Notes under the pieces: model-generated
Database searches by the model: none
What the model saw: the letters and a program-made list of their open reading frames with translations, nothing else
Told to the model about the DNA's origin: nothing
Position numbers and translations under genes: made by a program
Assembly (NCBI GenBank): GCA_046497075.1
Contig: JAWOGF010000050.1
Location: 17,772-81,771 of the forward strand
Direction of reading: 5' to 3'
Length of the DNA: 64,000 nucleotides
Source: Candidatus Saliniplasma sp.
Lineage (GTDB): Archaea; Thermoplasmatota; Thermoplasmata; Halarchaeoplasmatales; Halarchaeoplasmataceae
In this document: in pieces, positions 37,748 through 47,696 of the stretch
How positions within the stretch are numbered: the first letter of the stretch is position 1
How the letters are laid out: the number at the start of each line of letters is the position of its first letter

Positions 37748-39043
37748 TTAGCTGTACTTGTCCAGGAATGTGAATCGTTCGTGTGCCGGTAGTCCTTCTT
37801 CGTAGCAGTAATGTATCTCCTGGAAATCGCTCCTGAATTCAACAACGTCCTCTTTGACCCTTTTCGGATCCTCTCCGTCTTTCACGATCCGTTTTATGAA
37901 ATCTGCCACTTCGTCCATGTGGGTTTCTTTCATCCCCAAACGCGTCAATTCTTGGGCACCGAGTCTGATACCGCTCGGTTCTTTTGCGCTGTTTACGTTA
38001 TCCCAGGGCATCAGATTCTTGTTGGCGATCATATTGGATTCTTCCATAGCTTCCACTAGAGTTTCTCCTCCACCTTCTTTCTGAACATCGATGGCTAAAG
38101 TATGAGATTCAGTAAATCCTTTGTGAGAACACATGACGTCGATGTCCCGTTCATGTAGACTTTGACCCAAAGCTTTAGCGTTCTTTATGATCTGCTTGGC
38201 ATACTCCTTACCGAACTCCTGATGCTCTGCTAGAGATACCGCTAGTGCCGCCATGGTGTGCAGATGATGGTTAGATAGTACGCCCGGGAATACACCGAAG
38301 AATATGTTCTTCTCCATACCTTCGTCCCTAGGATTCGATAGGATAATGCCTCGCTGTGGTCCAGGTAGTGTTTTATGGGTACTACCCGTCATGACCTCAA
38401 CTCCCTCTCTAAGAGGATCCTGGAACTCCCCACCCGCGATCAGACCTAAAACATGTGCCGCATCGTACCAGACATAACATCCAGCTTCTTCAAAAGCATC
38501 CCTCAATTCCTCGAGTGGTGGGGGGAACAGATAAACAGACCTGCCGAATAGTGCGATATCTGGTTGTTCTTCTTTTATCAATTTTCTCGCCCCATCTACA
38601 TCGATGTTCATCTCTTCTACATCGAAAGGATACGTCTTGGGTTTCATGCCTCTGAACCCTACCGAACCGAATTTAGCACTGCTTATATGAGCTCCGTCGG
38701 CTACGTCTACTGACGTTATACTCTTGCCCGGACCACCCAATCCCATAAGTACCGCTTGGTTAGCGTTTGTTCCAGATATCGGTCTAACGTCCGCATATTC
38801 AGCATCGAATAGATCCTTCGCGAGTTCTTGGGCCTTCAACTCGACCTTATCCACATATGTGTTACCCTGATAATATCTATCTCCTGGAGGACCTTCTGCA
38901 TATCTATCATGAAAATCGCTGATTAGTAATTCTCTTGCCATCGGACTGATTATGTTCTCCGAGGCGATCATGGGTAACGATTTCTTGAACCATTCATGGT
39001 GTTTTTCCACCTGCTCGTATATATACTCCGCATCTTTCTTCAT
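37748..39043 (-). CDS. glyA: Serine hydroxymethyltransferase
   Basis: The PLP-lysine region is 'VMTGSTHKTLPGPQRG'. The N-terminus is 'MIASENIISPMARELLISDFHDRYAEG'. Confidence 0.9.
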   Translation of the reverse strand: MKKDAEYIYEQVEKHHEWFKKSLPMIASENIISPMARELLISDFHDRYAEGPPGDRYYQGNTYVDKVELKAQELAKDLFDAEYADVRPISGTNANQAVLMGLGGPGKSITSVDVADGAHISSAKFGSVGFRGMKPKTYPFDVEEMNIDVDGARKLIKEEQPDIALFGRSVYLFPPPLEELRDAFEEAGCYVWYDAAHVLGLIAGGEFQDPLREGVEVMTGSTHKTLPGPQRGIILSNPRDEGMEKNIFFGVFPGVLSNHHLHTMAALAVSLAEHQEFGKEYAKQIIKNAKALGQSLHERDIDVMCSHKGFTESHTLAIDVQKEGGGETLVEAMEESNMIANKNLMPWDNVNSAKEPSGIRLGAQELTRLGMKETHMDEVADFIKRIVKDGEDPKRVKEDVVEFRSDFQEIHYCYEEGLPAHERFTFLDKYS

Positions 39044-39154
39044 TAGTACACCTCGACAGGGTGATTGTGCTATCGATATTAAATCATTTTGTTGAAAACG
39101 AAGAAGTCAAGACAATTTTTTTATAGTCCGCAGATGTTGTTATATCAAATATAA

Positions 39155-40330
39155 TTGAAGGAGATAACAATGGCTCGAGTAGAAGATTTCCAGGCAAAAG
39201 ACGTGATGACCAAGAATTTTATAACCGCTAAATCCGATGATAAGGTATCGGATGCTATAGGCATCATGCGTAACAAAGGTGTAGCAGAGATCCCGATCCT
39301 AGAGGACGGGGATATTGTAGGTATTGTAGCGGAAGATATGTTCGTTAAAAAGAGACATCTTCCTTTTTCTACTAAACTAGCGCACGTCATGACTAAACCC
39401 CCTAATGTGAAGGTTGATGACAACCTTATAGAGGTGAGCGAAATGCTTTTATCCTCCGGATATCGAGGTGTACCAGTTCAGGCAAAAAATAAAGAGTCCG
39501 TAGGCTTCGTTTCCCGTACAGATATAATAAAAAAGATACCCGAGATCGACGATCTAAAAAAATCCACAGTCGGAGAATACATGACTCCAAATCCCACTAC
39601 GATTAAAGAACATGACTCCATTAACAAAGCAAAGAATATGATGGAGAACTTGGATGAAAAAGTCATACCTGTTACCGATGAACATGGGAGATTGTCCGGT
39701 ATGGTGGGAATCAAAGATATCATCAAAGATAGTTCTAGACCCGTATCTAGACACGAAAGAGGTGAAAAGAGTGGGGAGAAAGATTCACCATATCAAGATA
39801 TGGAGATCAGGAGTTTGATGGTAACTCCCCCTATCACAACGACACCTGATGAATCTTTACATGACGGTGCTGAAAAGATGACTAAAAATAATATATCGAC
39901 TTTGGTAGCCGTTAAAGGCGAAGATATCAAAGGTATACTCACTCAGATCGATCTGATAGAAACCATCGCGAGTTTTCGAGAATCCGATCAGGTCTACGTT
40001 CAGATAACCGGACTCGAGGAGGATCCTGACGTCTATGATCAGATGTACCAGATGGTTCAAAAATACTTGCAGAAGATCAATAAGGTATTAAAACCTCTCG
40101 TATTAAATCTACATGTGGTCACCCACCAAACTTCAGGACATGAGAAAAAATACAGTATAAGATTGAGACTCAATACGGACCACGGCATGTTCTACGCAAA
40201 AAAATTCGATTGGAATATTATGAGAGCTTTGGATGACGGGATGAACAGTGTACAGAAGAAGATATTCAAGGAGAAGGAAAAGAAATTGGATAGATATCGA
40301 AAACATCCCAAATACAGGGCATCAAAATAG
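39155..40330 (+). CDS. CBS-domain protein (four CBS modules plus a C-terminal domain)
   Basis: It has repeated 'DVMT…I.V.D..G.LVGIV…DI' CBS units. Confidence 0.75.
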   Translation: MKEITMARVEDFQAKDVMTKNFITAKSDDKVSDAIGIMRNKGVAEIPILEDGDIVGIVAEDMFVKKRHLPFSTKLAHVMTKPPNVKVDDNLIEVSEMLLSSGYRGVPVQAKNKESVGFVSRTDIIKKIPEIDDLKKSTVGEYMTPNPTTIKEHDSINKAKNMMENLDEKVIPVTDEHGRLSGMVGIKDIIKDSSRPVSRHERGEKSGEKDSPYQDMEIRSLMVTPPITTTPDESLHDGAEKMTKNNISTLVAVKGEDIKGILTQIDLIETIASFRESDQVYVQITGLEEDPDVYDQMYQMVQKYLQKINKVLKPLVLNLHVVTHQTSGHEKKYSIRLRLNTDHGMFYAKKFDWNIMRALDDGMNSVQKKIFKEKEKKLDRYRKHPKYRASK

Positions 40331-41326
40331 ATCCCAGTACTTCATCAATGCCTCTTTAGTTTCTAATACCTCTTCCTTTCCTTTTTGTGCTGTATCGCTC
40401 ACACGGGTATACTCTAGGGAGATATCTTTACCATGTTCCGAACCTATGATCCCGGCAACTATCTCGGATAAACATCCTAAGTTGTAACCGCCTTCTAGCA
40501 TATATGATACAGCTCCATCACACAACTGTTTTGATAAAGCCGTGATCCTCTCTGCCATGTGTATGTAACACTGGCTGGAATATGTAAGTCCCGTCAACTT
40601 ATCGGCATAATGTCCATCTGTCCCGATAGAAACGATAATCGCTTCAGGATCATACTGAGTCAATATGGGCTTCATGATCTCAGTCCATGCTAAATCCATG
40701 GATGAGTCTCCTCTTCCAGTTTTAAAAGGGATATTTACATTGTAACCCTCACCAGGCCCCTCACCGACTGCTACTGAATCACCCGTTCCTGGATAGATAC
40801 CATAATGATGAGCTGATATATACAGCACGTTCGGATCGGAGTAAAAAATATCGCTAGTTCCGTTCCCATGATGGGCATCTAAGTCTACTATAGCCACTCC
40901 ACCGCCATCAACTAGGTTCGCTGCGATAGCTGCATTGTTCAGATAGCAGAAACCACCACCATAATCCTTACCAGCATGATGGCCGGGTGGTCTAAGTAGA
41001 CCAAGCGTTCTTTCACCATCTAACGCCTTTTCAATCCCCTTTAAAGCACCACCCACTGACAAACTAGCAATCTCAAAGGTGTCCTCATCAAGGTAGGTGT
41101 CACCACCATCGATATACTGCCCAGAACCGCTCTCCAGCAAATCAAGATAACTCGGTGTATGCGTTTTTTCTAAAATCTCTCTCTCTACAGACTCTGGAAT
41201 CAAAACTTCCTCGATGAGTTCCTCATCCTCAAGTCGGTTCAATATGGATTTCAACCTTTCGGGTGATTCAGGATGCGTTCCACGGTGTCTGTGTTCCAGA
41301 TATTTTGGGTGAAAGATTACGTCCAT
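40322..41326 (-). CDS. Histone deacetylase / acetoin-utilisation AcuC-type deacetylase (arginase-deacetylase fold)
   Basis: The motifs are 'FHPKYLEHRHRGTHPESPERL' and 'IVDLDAHHGNGTSDIFY…ISAHHYGIYPGTGD'. Confidence 0.8.
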   Translation of the reverse strand: MDVIFHPKYLEHRHRGTHPESPERLKSILNRLEDEELIEEVLIPESVEREILEKTHTPSYLDLLESGSGQYIDGGDTYLDEDTFEIASLSVGGALKGIEKALDGERTLGLLRPPGHHAGKDYGGGFCYLNNAAIAANLVDGGGVAIVDLDAHHGNGTSDIFYSDPNVLYISAHHYGIYPGTGDSVAVGEGPGEGYNVNIPFKTGRGDSSMDLAWTEIMKPILTQYDPEAIIVSIGTDGHYADKLTGLTYSSQCYIHMAERITALSKQLCDGAVSYMLEGGYNLGCLSEIVAGIIGSEHGKDISLEYTRVSDTAQKGKEEVLETKEALMKYWDLF

Positions 41327-41384
41327 GGTTGTTTAATTAAGCGAAATTATTTAAACGTTGACGTGAAATCTGTAAAGAAAGGAA

Positions 41385-42056
41385 ATGAAGTATGCTGCTC
41401 TGTTCTCAGGAGGCAAGGATTCCGCACTAGCCTTGTGGAAAGCTCAAAAAGATGGTTTGAACGTGGAGTATTTAGTAACTGTATTTCCTGAAAGAGATGA
41501 TTCCTACATGTTCCATAAACCGAATCTAGATCTTGTCCCAGATATCGCTGAATCAGTGGGTATTGAGTTGGTTAAAGTGAGAACGGAGGGGGAAAAAGAG
41601 AAGGAGCTGCAAGACCTGAAAGAGGGTTTGGAGAATTTAAAGATCGGGGGGATCATCACCGGTGCTGTGGCATCTTCTTACCAATATAAAAGACTCGAAA
41701 AACTTTCTTCTCAGTTAGAACTAGAACTGTACGCACCTTTGTGGGGGATGGATCAAGAAAATTTATTAAATGAATTATTAGAAGATGAATTTGATGTGAT
41801 TATAGTGAGCGTTGCGGCCATGGGCCTTGATGAAAAGTGGTTAGGTCGGAAGATCGACAAGTACTGTGTTGATGAACTTGAGGAATTGAACGACAAATAC
41901 GGAATCAACGTTGCAGGGGAAGGCGGTGAATACGAGAGCTTGGTACTAAATGCACCCAATTTTAAATGGGCGTTCGAAGTGGTTGATGCAGATATAAAGT
42001 GGGATGGACATCGTGGGGAATATAAAATTAATAAAATTAAGAAAAAAAGGGAATGA
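41385..42056 (+). CDS. PP-loop ATP pyrophosphatase of the MJ0570/Dph6 type (diphthine-ammonia ligase-like)
   Basis: The PP-loop is 'AALFSGGKDSALAL'. The MJ0570-like architecture covers 223 aa. Confidence 0.65.
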   Translation: MKYAALFSGGKDSALALWKAQKDGLNVEYLVTVFPERDDSYMFHKPNLDLVPDIAESVGIELVKVRTEGEKEKELQDLKEGLENLKIGGIITGAVASSYQYKRLEKLSSQLELELYAPLWGMDQENLLNELLEDEFDVIIVSVAAMGLDEKWLGRKIDKYCVDELEELNDKYGINVAGEGGEYESLVLNAPNFKWAFEVVDADIKWDGHRGEYKINKIKKKRE

Positions 42057-42064
42057 TTTTTAGC

Positions 42065-42616
42065 CTATACTTTCTCAAGCCTGTCCCTTTCTATCATATT
42101 CGAAATGGTTTCGCGAGCGAAACCGGGTGTCTTTTTATCTTTTTGTTTTTCGAATTGGTCTTTTCCAGTTTCATAAAGATATTTTTCAGCTTTCAAACTC
42201 TCATAATGCCCTTTTTCCATCAAAGCGATATATTTGAAAAGTGTGCGGTATTTTTCTTTTCGTTTAGAAAGATGACTATAAAGTTCATAGGCATCATCTT
42301 CTGCTTTCATAGCACGATCTATAGCTTCGATCAGGTTCCTCACGGTTTTTATTTCTTTTACGAATACTCCTTCATGAGGCGGGAGGCCTTCAACGTCAGG
42401 AACAACATAATCTTTATCACCAAATTCCATTTTATGAAGTTTTAAAAGTTCTTCCTTATGTCTTTTTTCATCTTCAGCTAAGCTTTTAAATTTCTTAGAT
42501 GCTAGACCCTCCAACTTTTTAGAAAGGGACATATAGCCCTCATGAGCAGCTTGTTCACCCTCGATAGAATAGCCAACGAGTTCTTTGAAGCTTATTTCAT
42601 CTAATTTCTCATACAT
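42065..42616 (-). CDS. Ferritin-like diiron four-helix-bundle protein (rubrerythrin-like)
   Basis: It has four E/ExxH-type helices (EGEQAAHEGY, EDEKRHKEEL, KAEDDAYELY, MEKGHYESL). The tracked start at 42712 would overlap the divergent tldD promoter, so the ATG at 42616 is preferred. Confidence 0.5.
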   Translation of the reverse strand: MYEKLDEISFKELVGYSIEGEQAAHEGYMSLSKKLEGLASKKFKSLAEDEKRHKEELLKLHKMEFGDKDYVVPDVEGLPPHEGVFVKEIKTVRNLIEAIDRAMKAEDDAYELYSHLSKRKEKYRTLFKYIALMEKGHYESLKAEKYLYETGKDQFEKQKDKKTPGFARETISNMIERDRLEKV

Positions 42617-42684
42617 ACTAATCACTCTAGTTATTTTGATGTTTTCACCGTTATTAAGTTTTTCTATTTTTTCCGCACAACAAC

Positions 42685-42694
42685 CTATATATAA
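42685..42694 (+). promoter_or_regulatory. TATA-box-like element CTATATATAA upstream of tldD
   Basis: It lies about 30 bp upstream of the ATG at 42725. That favours a start at 42725 over 42707. Confidence 0.4.
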
Positions 42695-42724
42695 GACAGT
42701 TAACATTTGCATTACGGTGCAAAT

Positions 42725-44164
42725 ATGCGGGACATCACTAATTATGCAATAAAAAAATTAGAGGACTCAGATATCCAGTACGGTGATATCCGGTTTTCAG
42801 ATATTTTGACTCAATCGATACAGGTGAGGAACGGATCTGTTGAAAGTATCAAAGACAATACCAGTAGAGGATACGGTATCAGAATTATAGACAAAGGCTG
42901 GGGTTTCGCCTCATCTTCTGTATTATCGAAGAAGGGCATTGACGAGACCTTAAAAAGAGCGAAAAAGATCGCAAAAGCCTCTGGAAAAACTTCTGAAGGT
43001 GTAGAACTGAAGGATGTGGAGATCCACAAGGACAAGTATGTAAACGATTACAAAAAAGATCCTTTCGAGGTCGATCTAGAAGAGAAGATTGATTATCTAG
43101 TTGATGCAAACGAGCGGCTTGATGTCGATGATCAAATAAACGTTCGGACTTCCAATTTTAAAGCTTGGAGGTTCTTGAAAGAGTTCGCAAGTACGGAAGG
43201 TGCACGTATAGAACAGGAATTAGTCCAGTGCGGCGGAGGTTTGAGTGTGACCGTTTCTGACGGGGAAGACGTTCAAACTCGAAGTTATCCTAATTCCTTT
43301 GGAGGCGATTACAGTTCAAGAGGATACGAATTCTTCGAAGGGATGGATCTGCTAGGGAATGCGGAGGAAACAGCCCATGAGGGTGTAGATCTTTTAAACG
43401 CTGATCAATGTCCAGAAGGAAAGATGGATATCATATTGAACACGAACCAACTAGCTTTACAGGTCCACGAGAGCTGTGGTCATCCAACAGAATTGGATAG
43501 AGCCTTAGGAACTGAAGCCAGTTATGCGGGGACGAGTTTCATGACTCCTGGCAAACTCGGAAAGCTGAGGTATGGGTCAGATATAGTTCATCTGACTTCG
43601 GATGCCACCGCGAAAGGTGGATTAGGAACGTTTGGGTACGACGATGAAGGAGTTAAAGCCAAGAAAGTCGATCTTGTAAAAGACGGTATTTTCGTTGGGT
43701 ATCAAGCGTCTAGAGAAGATGCGGCCCAGGTAGATGTAGAAGTGAGTGGAAGTATGCGTGCCGACGGATGGAGTAATTTACCACTAGTCAGGATGACTAA
43801 TATCAATTTAGAACCAGGAGATTGGTCCCGGAAAGAGATAATCGAAGAAACTGATAAAGGTATCATCTTCGACGGCGTCAAAAGTTGGAGTATAGATGAT
43901 AAGAGATTGAACTTCATGTTCGGAACTGAGGCCGGTTATTTAGTTGAAGATGGAGAAGTTAAAAAACTGATCAAGAACCCAACCTATACGGGCATCACTT
44001 ACGAGTTCTGGAGAAGATGCAACGCGATATCTGGAAAAGATGATTGGAAACTGCACGGAGTCCCGAATTGCGGAAAAGGAGAACCACCTCAAGTAATGAG
44101 GGTTGGTCACGGTGTTGCGCCTGCTCGATTTGAAGACGTTACAGTGGGGGTGGGAAAATGGTAA
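42725..44164 (+). CDS. tldD: TldD-family metallopeptidase (peptidase U62)
   Basis: The HExxxH-like motif is 'VHESCGHPTE'. It is of typical length and is followed by its paralog. Confidence 0.8.
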   Translation: MRDITNYAIKKLEDSDIQYGDIRFSDILTQSIQVRNGSVESIKDNTSRGYGIRIIDKGWGFASSSVLSKKGIDETLKRAKKIAKASGKTSEGVELKDVEIHKDKYVNDYKKDPFEVDLEEKIDYLVDANERLDVDDQINVRTSNFKAWRFLKEFASTEGARIEQELVQCGGGLSVTVSDGEDVQTRSYPNSFGGDYSSRGYEFFEGMDLLGNAEETAHEGVDLLNADQCPEGKMDIILNTNQLALQVHESCGHPTELDRALGTEASYAGTSFMTPGKLGKLRYGSDIVHLTSDATAKGGLGTFGYDDEGVKAKKVDLVKDGIFVGYQASREDAAQVDVEVSGSMRADGWSNLPLVRMTNINLEPGDWSRKEIIEETDKGIIFDGVKSWSIDDKRLNFMFGTEAGYLVEDGEVKKLIKNPTYTGITYEFWRRCNAISGKDDWKLHGVPNCGKGEPPQVMRVGHGVAPARFEDVTVGVGKW

Positions 44165-45522
44165 ACGAAGATTTAGAGCGCTCTGCTCAGAAGGTACTGG
44201 ATAAAGTTGAAGTCGATGAAGTCGAAGTGCTGATAAATAGAAAAGACAGAGCTTTGACGAGATACGCTAATTCTAAAATCCACCAGAATGTTGGACAAAA
44301 TGATTTCGACGTGTCCATAAGAGCGATTCTTGGAAAGAAAGTTGGATCAGTTTCCACTAACTCCGTCGATGAAAAATCTTTGGTGGAAGCTTTACGAAGA
44401 GCTGAGAATATAGCCAAGCATCAGAAAGAAGACCCTGACTTTATAGGTCTTCCAGAACCTAAAGAGGGGCGTGATGGTAAAGAGAATTATTTCGAAGAAA
44501 CTGCTTCTTTCACACCAGACGAGCGTGCTGAAAAGGTCAAAGAGATCATCGAGTATGCAAGCGGTAAAGGGGTTGACCGTATGTACGGGGCTTTTGAAAC
44601 GGAAACCATCGAAGTACTTGTTGCAAATACTAACGGGATTATGAAAAGTAGCAGGATGAGTAAAGCCAATTTGACCGCTACCGCTATAGCAGACTGGGAT
44701 AACGACCAAGGATTCGGTTGGAGTGAACAGTGCTCCGCTAACGTGAAAGATATCGATCACATGAACGTTGCTAAGACTGCTGTTGATAAAGGCCTGAACA
44801 ACATGAATACCGAGAACATCGAACCCGGTGAGTATACAGTTGTGTTGGAACCGTTAGCAGTTAACACCATGCTCATGTACCTAGCCATGATGGGTATGAG
44901 CGCTAAGAAAGTTCAGGAGAAAAGAAGTTTCATGAACGGAAAATTTGGTGAACAGATCATGGACGAACGGGTAAATATCTTCGACGATGCTATGCACGAT
45001 GAGATGATCGGTTTCCCATTTGATTACGAAGGAGTACCCAAACAGAGAGTAGATATAGTGAAGAACGGGATTGCAAATGATGTCGTTTACGATTCCTACA
45101 CCGCTGGAAGAGAAGAAGAAGATAAAGAATCTACAGGACATGCCTTACCGATGCCGAATCCCATGAGTCCTATGCCTCTAAATCTGATGATGGATACGGG
45201 AGATGCTAGCGTACAGGAGATGATCGAAGATACTGAGAAAGGGATACTGGTCACTAGATTCAATTACTGCAGACCGGTACATCCAGTAAAAGGTATATTG
45301 ACCGGACTTACTAGAGACGGGACCTGGATGATCGAAGACGGAGAGGTTACACAACCGTTGAAGAATCTTAGGTTCACACAGAATCTACTCGATGCTTTCA
45401 GAAACGTCGAATTGATCGGAAAAGAACGGGTAATGTTCTCGCTTGGATTCTACCCGGGTTACTCAGTAGTTCCAGCTTTGAAGATACCCGAGTTTAACTT
45501 CACAGGTACGACAGAATTCTAA
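44158..45522 (+). CDS. tldE: TldE/PmbA-family partner of TldD
   Basis: It is a paralogous U62 fold without HExxxH. Its start overlaps the tldD stop by 7 nt. Confidence 0.75.
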   Translation: MVNEDLERSAQKVLDKVEVDEVEVLINRKDRALTRYANSKIHQNVGQNDFDVSIRAILGKKVGSVSTNSVDEKSLVEALRRAENIAKHQKEDPDFIGLPEPKEGRDGKENYFEETASFTPDERAEKVKEIIEYASGKGVDRMYGAFETETIEVLVANTNGIMKSSRMSKANLTATAIADWDNDQGFGWSEQCSANVKDIDHMNVAKTAVDKGLNNMNTENIEPGEYTVVLEPLAVNTMLMYLAMMGMSAKKVQEKRSFMNGKFGEQIMDERVNIFDDAMHDEMIGFPFDYEGVPKQRVDIVKNGIANDVVYDSYTAGREEEDKESTGHALPMPNPMSPMPLNLMMDTGDASVQEMIEDTEKGILVTRFNYCRPVHPVKGILTGLTRDGTWMIEDGEVTQPLKNLRFTQNLLDAFRNVELIGKERVMFSLGFYPGYSVVPALKIPEFNFTGTTEF

Positions 45523-46213
45523 AAAACACTTTTTTCTTTTTTTGATATATAGTGAATTATACGTAAACATTAGAATAAAAACCGTTTTGTGGGTCATTTG
45601 TTTTCTTCTTGGAAAACAAACTACTGGGTGTGCATAACATCGGGAACAACAAAACTATTCATTTCACAAATAATCTTTTTTTCTCTAAATACAGTGTAAC
45701 CTCATTAACAAATTTCTTAGCACTTTCATTCAAATCTTCAGCCTCGTGATCTGATATTTCAAATGTATATTCATAATCACCTAGTTGTCTTTTATCAAAG
45801 GCTCTGGTGACCTCCTCACCCACCTGGTTTACATCAGGAAGGTGCTTCCTTCCATTTATCCGTGTATACTGGAATTCTGAAGAATTCCAACGAGTCTCAG
45901 AATTATAGAATAATTCTAATTTAGTGATACTTTCTTTTCAAAATTGTTACACTATTTGGAATTTGATTCCAAAAATATCATCTGGTTTTCGGACTACCGA
46001 AGGAATCTATCAGGAACGTCCTGATAGGGCGGAACGTCCACTTTTTTGACGGTTGCCACCTACCTCACCAACTTGCGTTGCAGAGGACGGGTCGTCGGTA
46101 GTGGCTTCGAGCACGGTCACGGTGCTCCAGATACCAGAGGATATGAGAATTCTATTTAGATAACCGAACAGCATGCTAGATACTCATCGCTATTAACGGG
46201 AGTTGTTTCAGGC

Positions 46214-46960
46214 TCATCGGCCGGGGAGTGCCTCCGGATTGAATCCCTTGACGATAAGCCATACGGCCAGTACCATCTCCTGGAGCGCCAGTGGGAGCTG
46301 CAGCAAAGAATCCACTGTGGACATATGACCGATAATACCGAACATGACTAGGAATCCGGCAGCTAGAAAGGGCATCGCTGCGATTAGCCCCCATCCTGAA
46401 ATCCAGCGGGGGACCAGCTGGCTCCGGTAGAGGACAGTGTAAAACATCAGTGCGCCGAGGATGAAAACGATGACACCGATCTTGCCAATCCAAATGCTCG
46501 CATCTTTGAGAGCGGCACCAGTCGCTTCAATAGAAAGCGCCTCTACCCCACCAGTGCCGATGAGTCCCTGAGCGAAGGTTATCAGCACAAGCCAACTTAT
46601 GACGGTTGCGATACAGGTGAACGTTTCCAACGCTCCTCGAAAGATAACGTAACCGAGAGCCAAGGTTTCATTGTGCTTTCTTAGCACAGGATAGACAACG
46701 ACCGGAATCAGCGCAAGCGATAGACTCATCGTGAGCACACATAAAGCGGCGAGGATCAGCCGGTTGGAATGCGCCGCAACCTGATCGAGGTAATCCGGGA
46801 CATCCACGACGGGCCCTGAAAAAACGAGACTCAAAATACCGGCCACGGTACCTATTATGAATAGTACTCCGACGATAATAGCTGTTTTCCTGTGTTTAGT
46901 CCACTTCTCTTCGGCATGTTTTTCCATTCTTTTATTGGTATAGTTTTTAAACATATTCAT
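46214..46960 (-). CDS. Polytopic membrane protein (DUF4386-like); compositionally foreign and probably horizontally acquired
   Basis: It has 6-7 TM helices. The gene body is visibly GC-richer (about 50%) than its surroundings (about 38%). Membrane proteins of this family are typical of bacteria. Confidence 0.6.
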   Translation of the reverse strand: MNMFKNYTNKRMEKHAEEKWTKHRKTAIIVGVLFIIGTVAGILSLVFSGPVVDVPDYLDQVAAHSNRLILAALCVLTMSLSLALIPVVVYPVLRKHNETLALGYVIFRGALETFTCIATVISWLVLITFAQGLIGTGGVEALSIEATGAALKDASIWIGKIGVIVFILGALMFYTVLYRSQLVPRWISGWGLIAAMPFLAAGFLVMFGIIGHMSTVDSLLQLPLALQEMVLAVWLIVKGFNPEALPGR

Positions 46961-47039
46961 TACGATAATCTAAAAAAATACTAAACGCTTGAGCCTTATA
47001 TATATGGTAGTTTAAATAGGTAAACCTCTATCTCTAACT

Positions 47040-47696
47040 ATGAGAAAATTGATCATCGAAATAAGACCTAAAGAGAAAGCGAAAGAAAGGCAAAGTTCGA
47101 TATTCTCAAAAATACATTCTTATGAAGTCTTGGAAGTTCTGAAGATGGATTATGAAGAGAAAATATATGTCGATCTGATCGAGTTCAAACTGAAAGAGCA
47201 TGTATCCATTGAAAATTTGAAATCCATAGGTAATATGGAGATCCTGAGCATTCTAAAATCTGAAGGGAATAAGCATACTTGTTTGGTGAAAGGTCATCAA
47301 CCTGGGATCCCAAGCGATACATACAAAGAACTCGATCTGAATCTGATCTACACTAGACCTAGTCTGATATCTGAAGATAAGGTCGTTGTCAGCTGTATTG
47401 GCAATCAGGAGAACCTCGTGAGATTCATAGATATAGTGAAAAATATCGGTGAGGTCAGTAAGATGAGATTCAAAAAAGTAGCATACCAAAAGAAATACGT
47501 CCTTTCGGTTTTGACTGAAAAGCAAAAAGAGATACTGGTCGCAGCTTTTGATAGTGGATATTATGGCATCCCTAAAAAGATAAGCAGTGAGAGATTATCA
47601 GAAAAACTAAACATCAGTAAACCCACTCTATTGGAGCATCTAAGAAAGGCAGAAAAACGTATCTTTTCAGAGATATTAGCGGGATATTCAGATTGA
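47040..47696 (+). CDS. HTH_10 (bacterio-opsin-activator-type) transcription regulator
   Basis: The C-terminus 'LTEKQKEILVAAFDSGYYGIPKKISSERLSEKLNISKPTLLEHLRKAEKRIFSEIL' is the haloarchaeal HTH_10 signature. Confidence 0.65.
   Translation: MRKLIIEIRPKEKAKERQSSIFSKIHSYEVLEVLKMDYEEKIYVDLIEFKLKEHVSIENLKSIGNMEILSILKSEGNKHTCLVKGHQPGIPSDTYKELDLNLIYTRPSLISEDKVVVSCIGNQENLVRFIDIVKNIGEVSKMRFKKVAYQKKYVLSVLTEKQKEILVAAFDSGYYGIPKKISSERLSEKLNISKPTLLEHLRKAEKRIFSEILAGYSD

Noticed and set aside
37348-39043. A full glycine-cleavage operon (P/T/L proteins)
   Set aside because: Only gcvH and glyA are present in the window. A lone GcvH is common as a lipoyl carrier, so no operon is claimed.
45670-45905. Possible toxin-like small gene on the minus strand
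   Set aside because: The open frame has no ATG and only a late GTG. It is reported as probable gene decay, not as a CDS.
46176-46493. 105-aa minus-strand ORF inside the GC-rich island
   Set aside because: It overlaps the better-supported membrane-protein gene in another frame and is favoured only by local GC richness.
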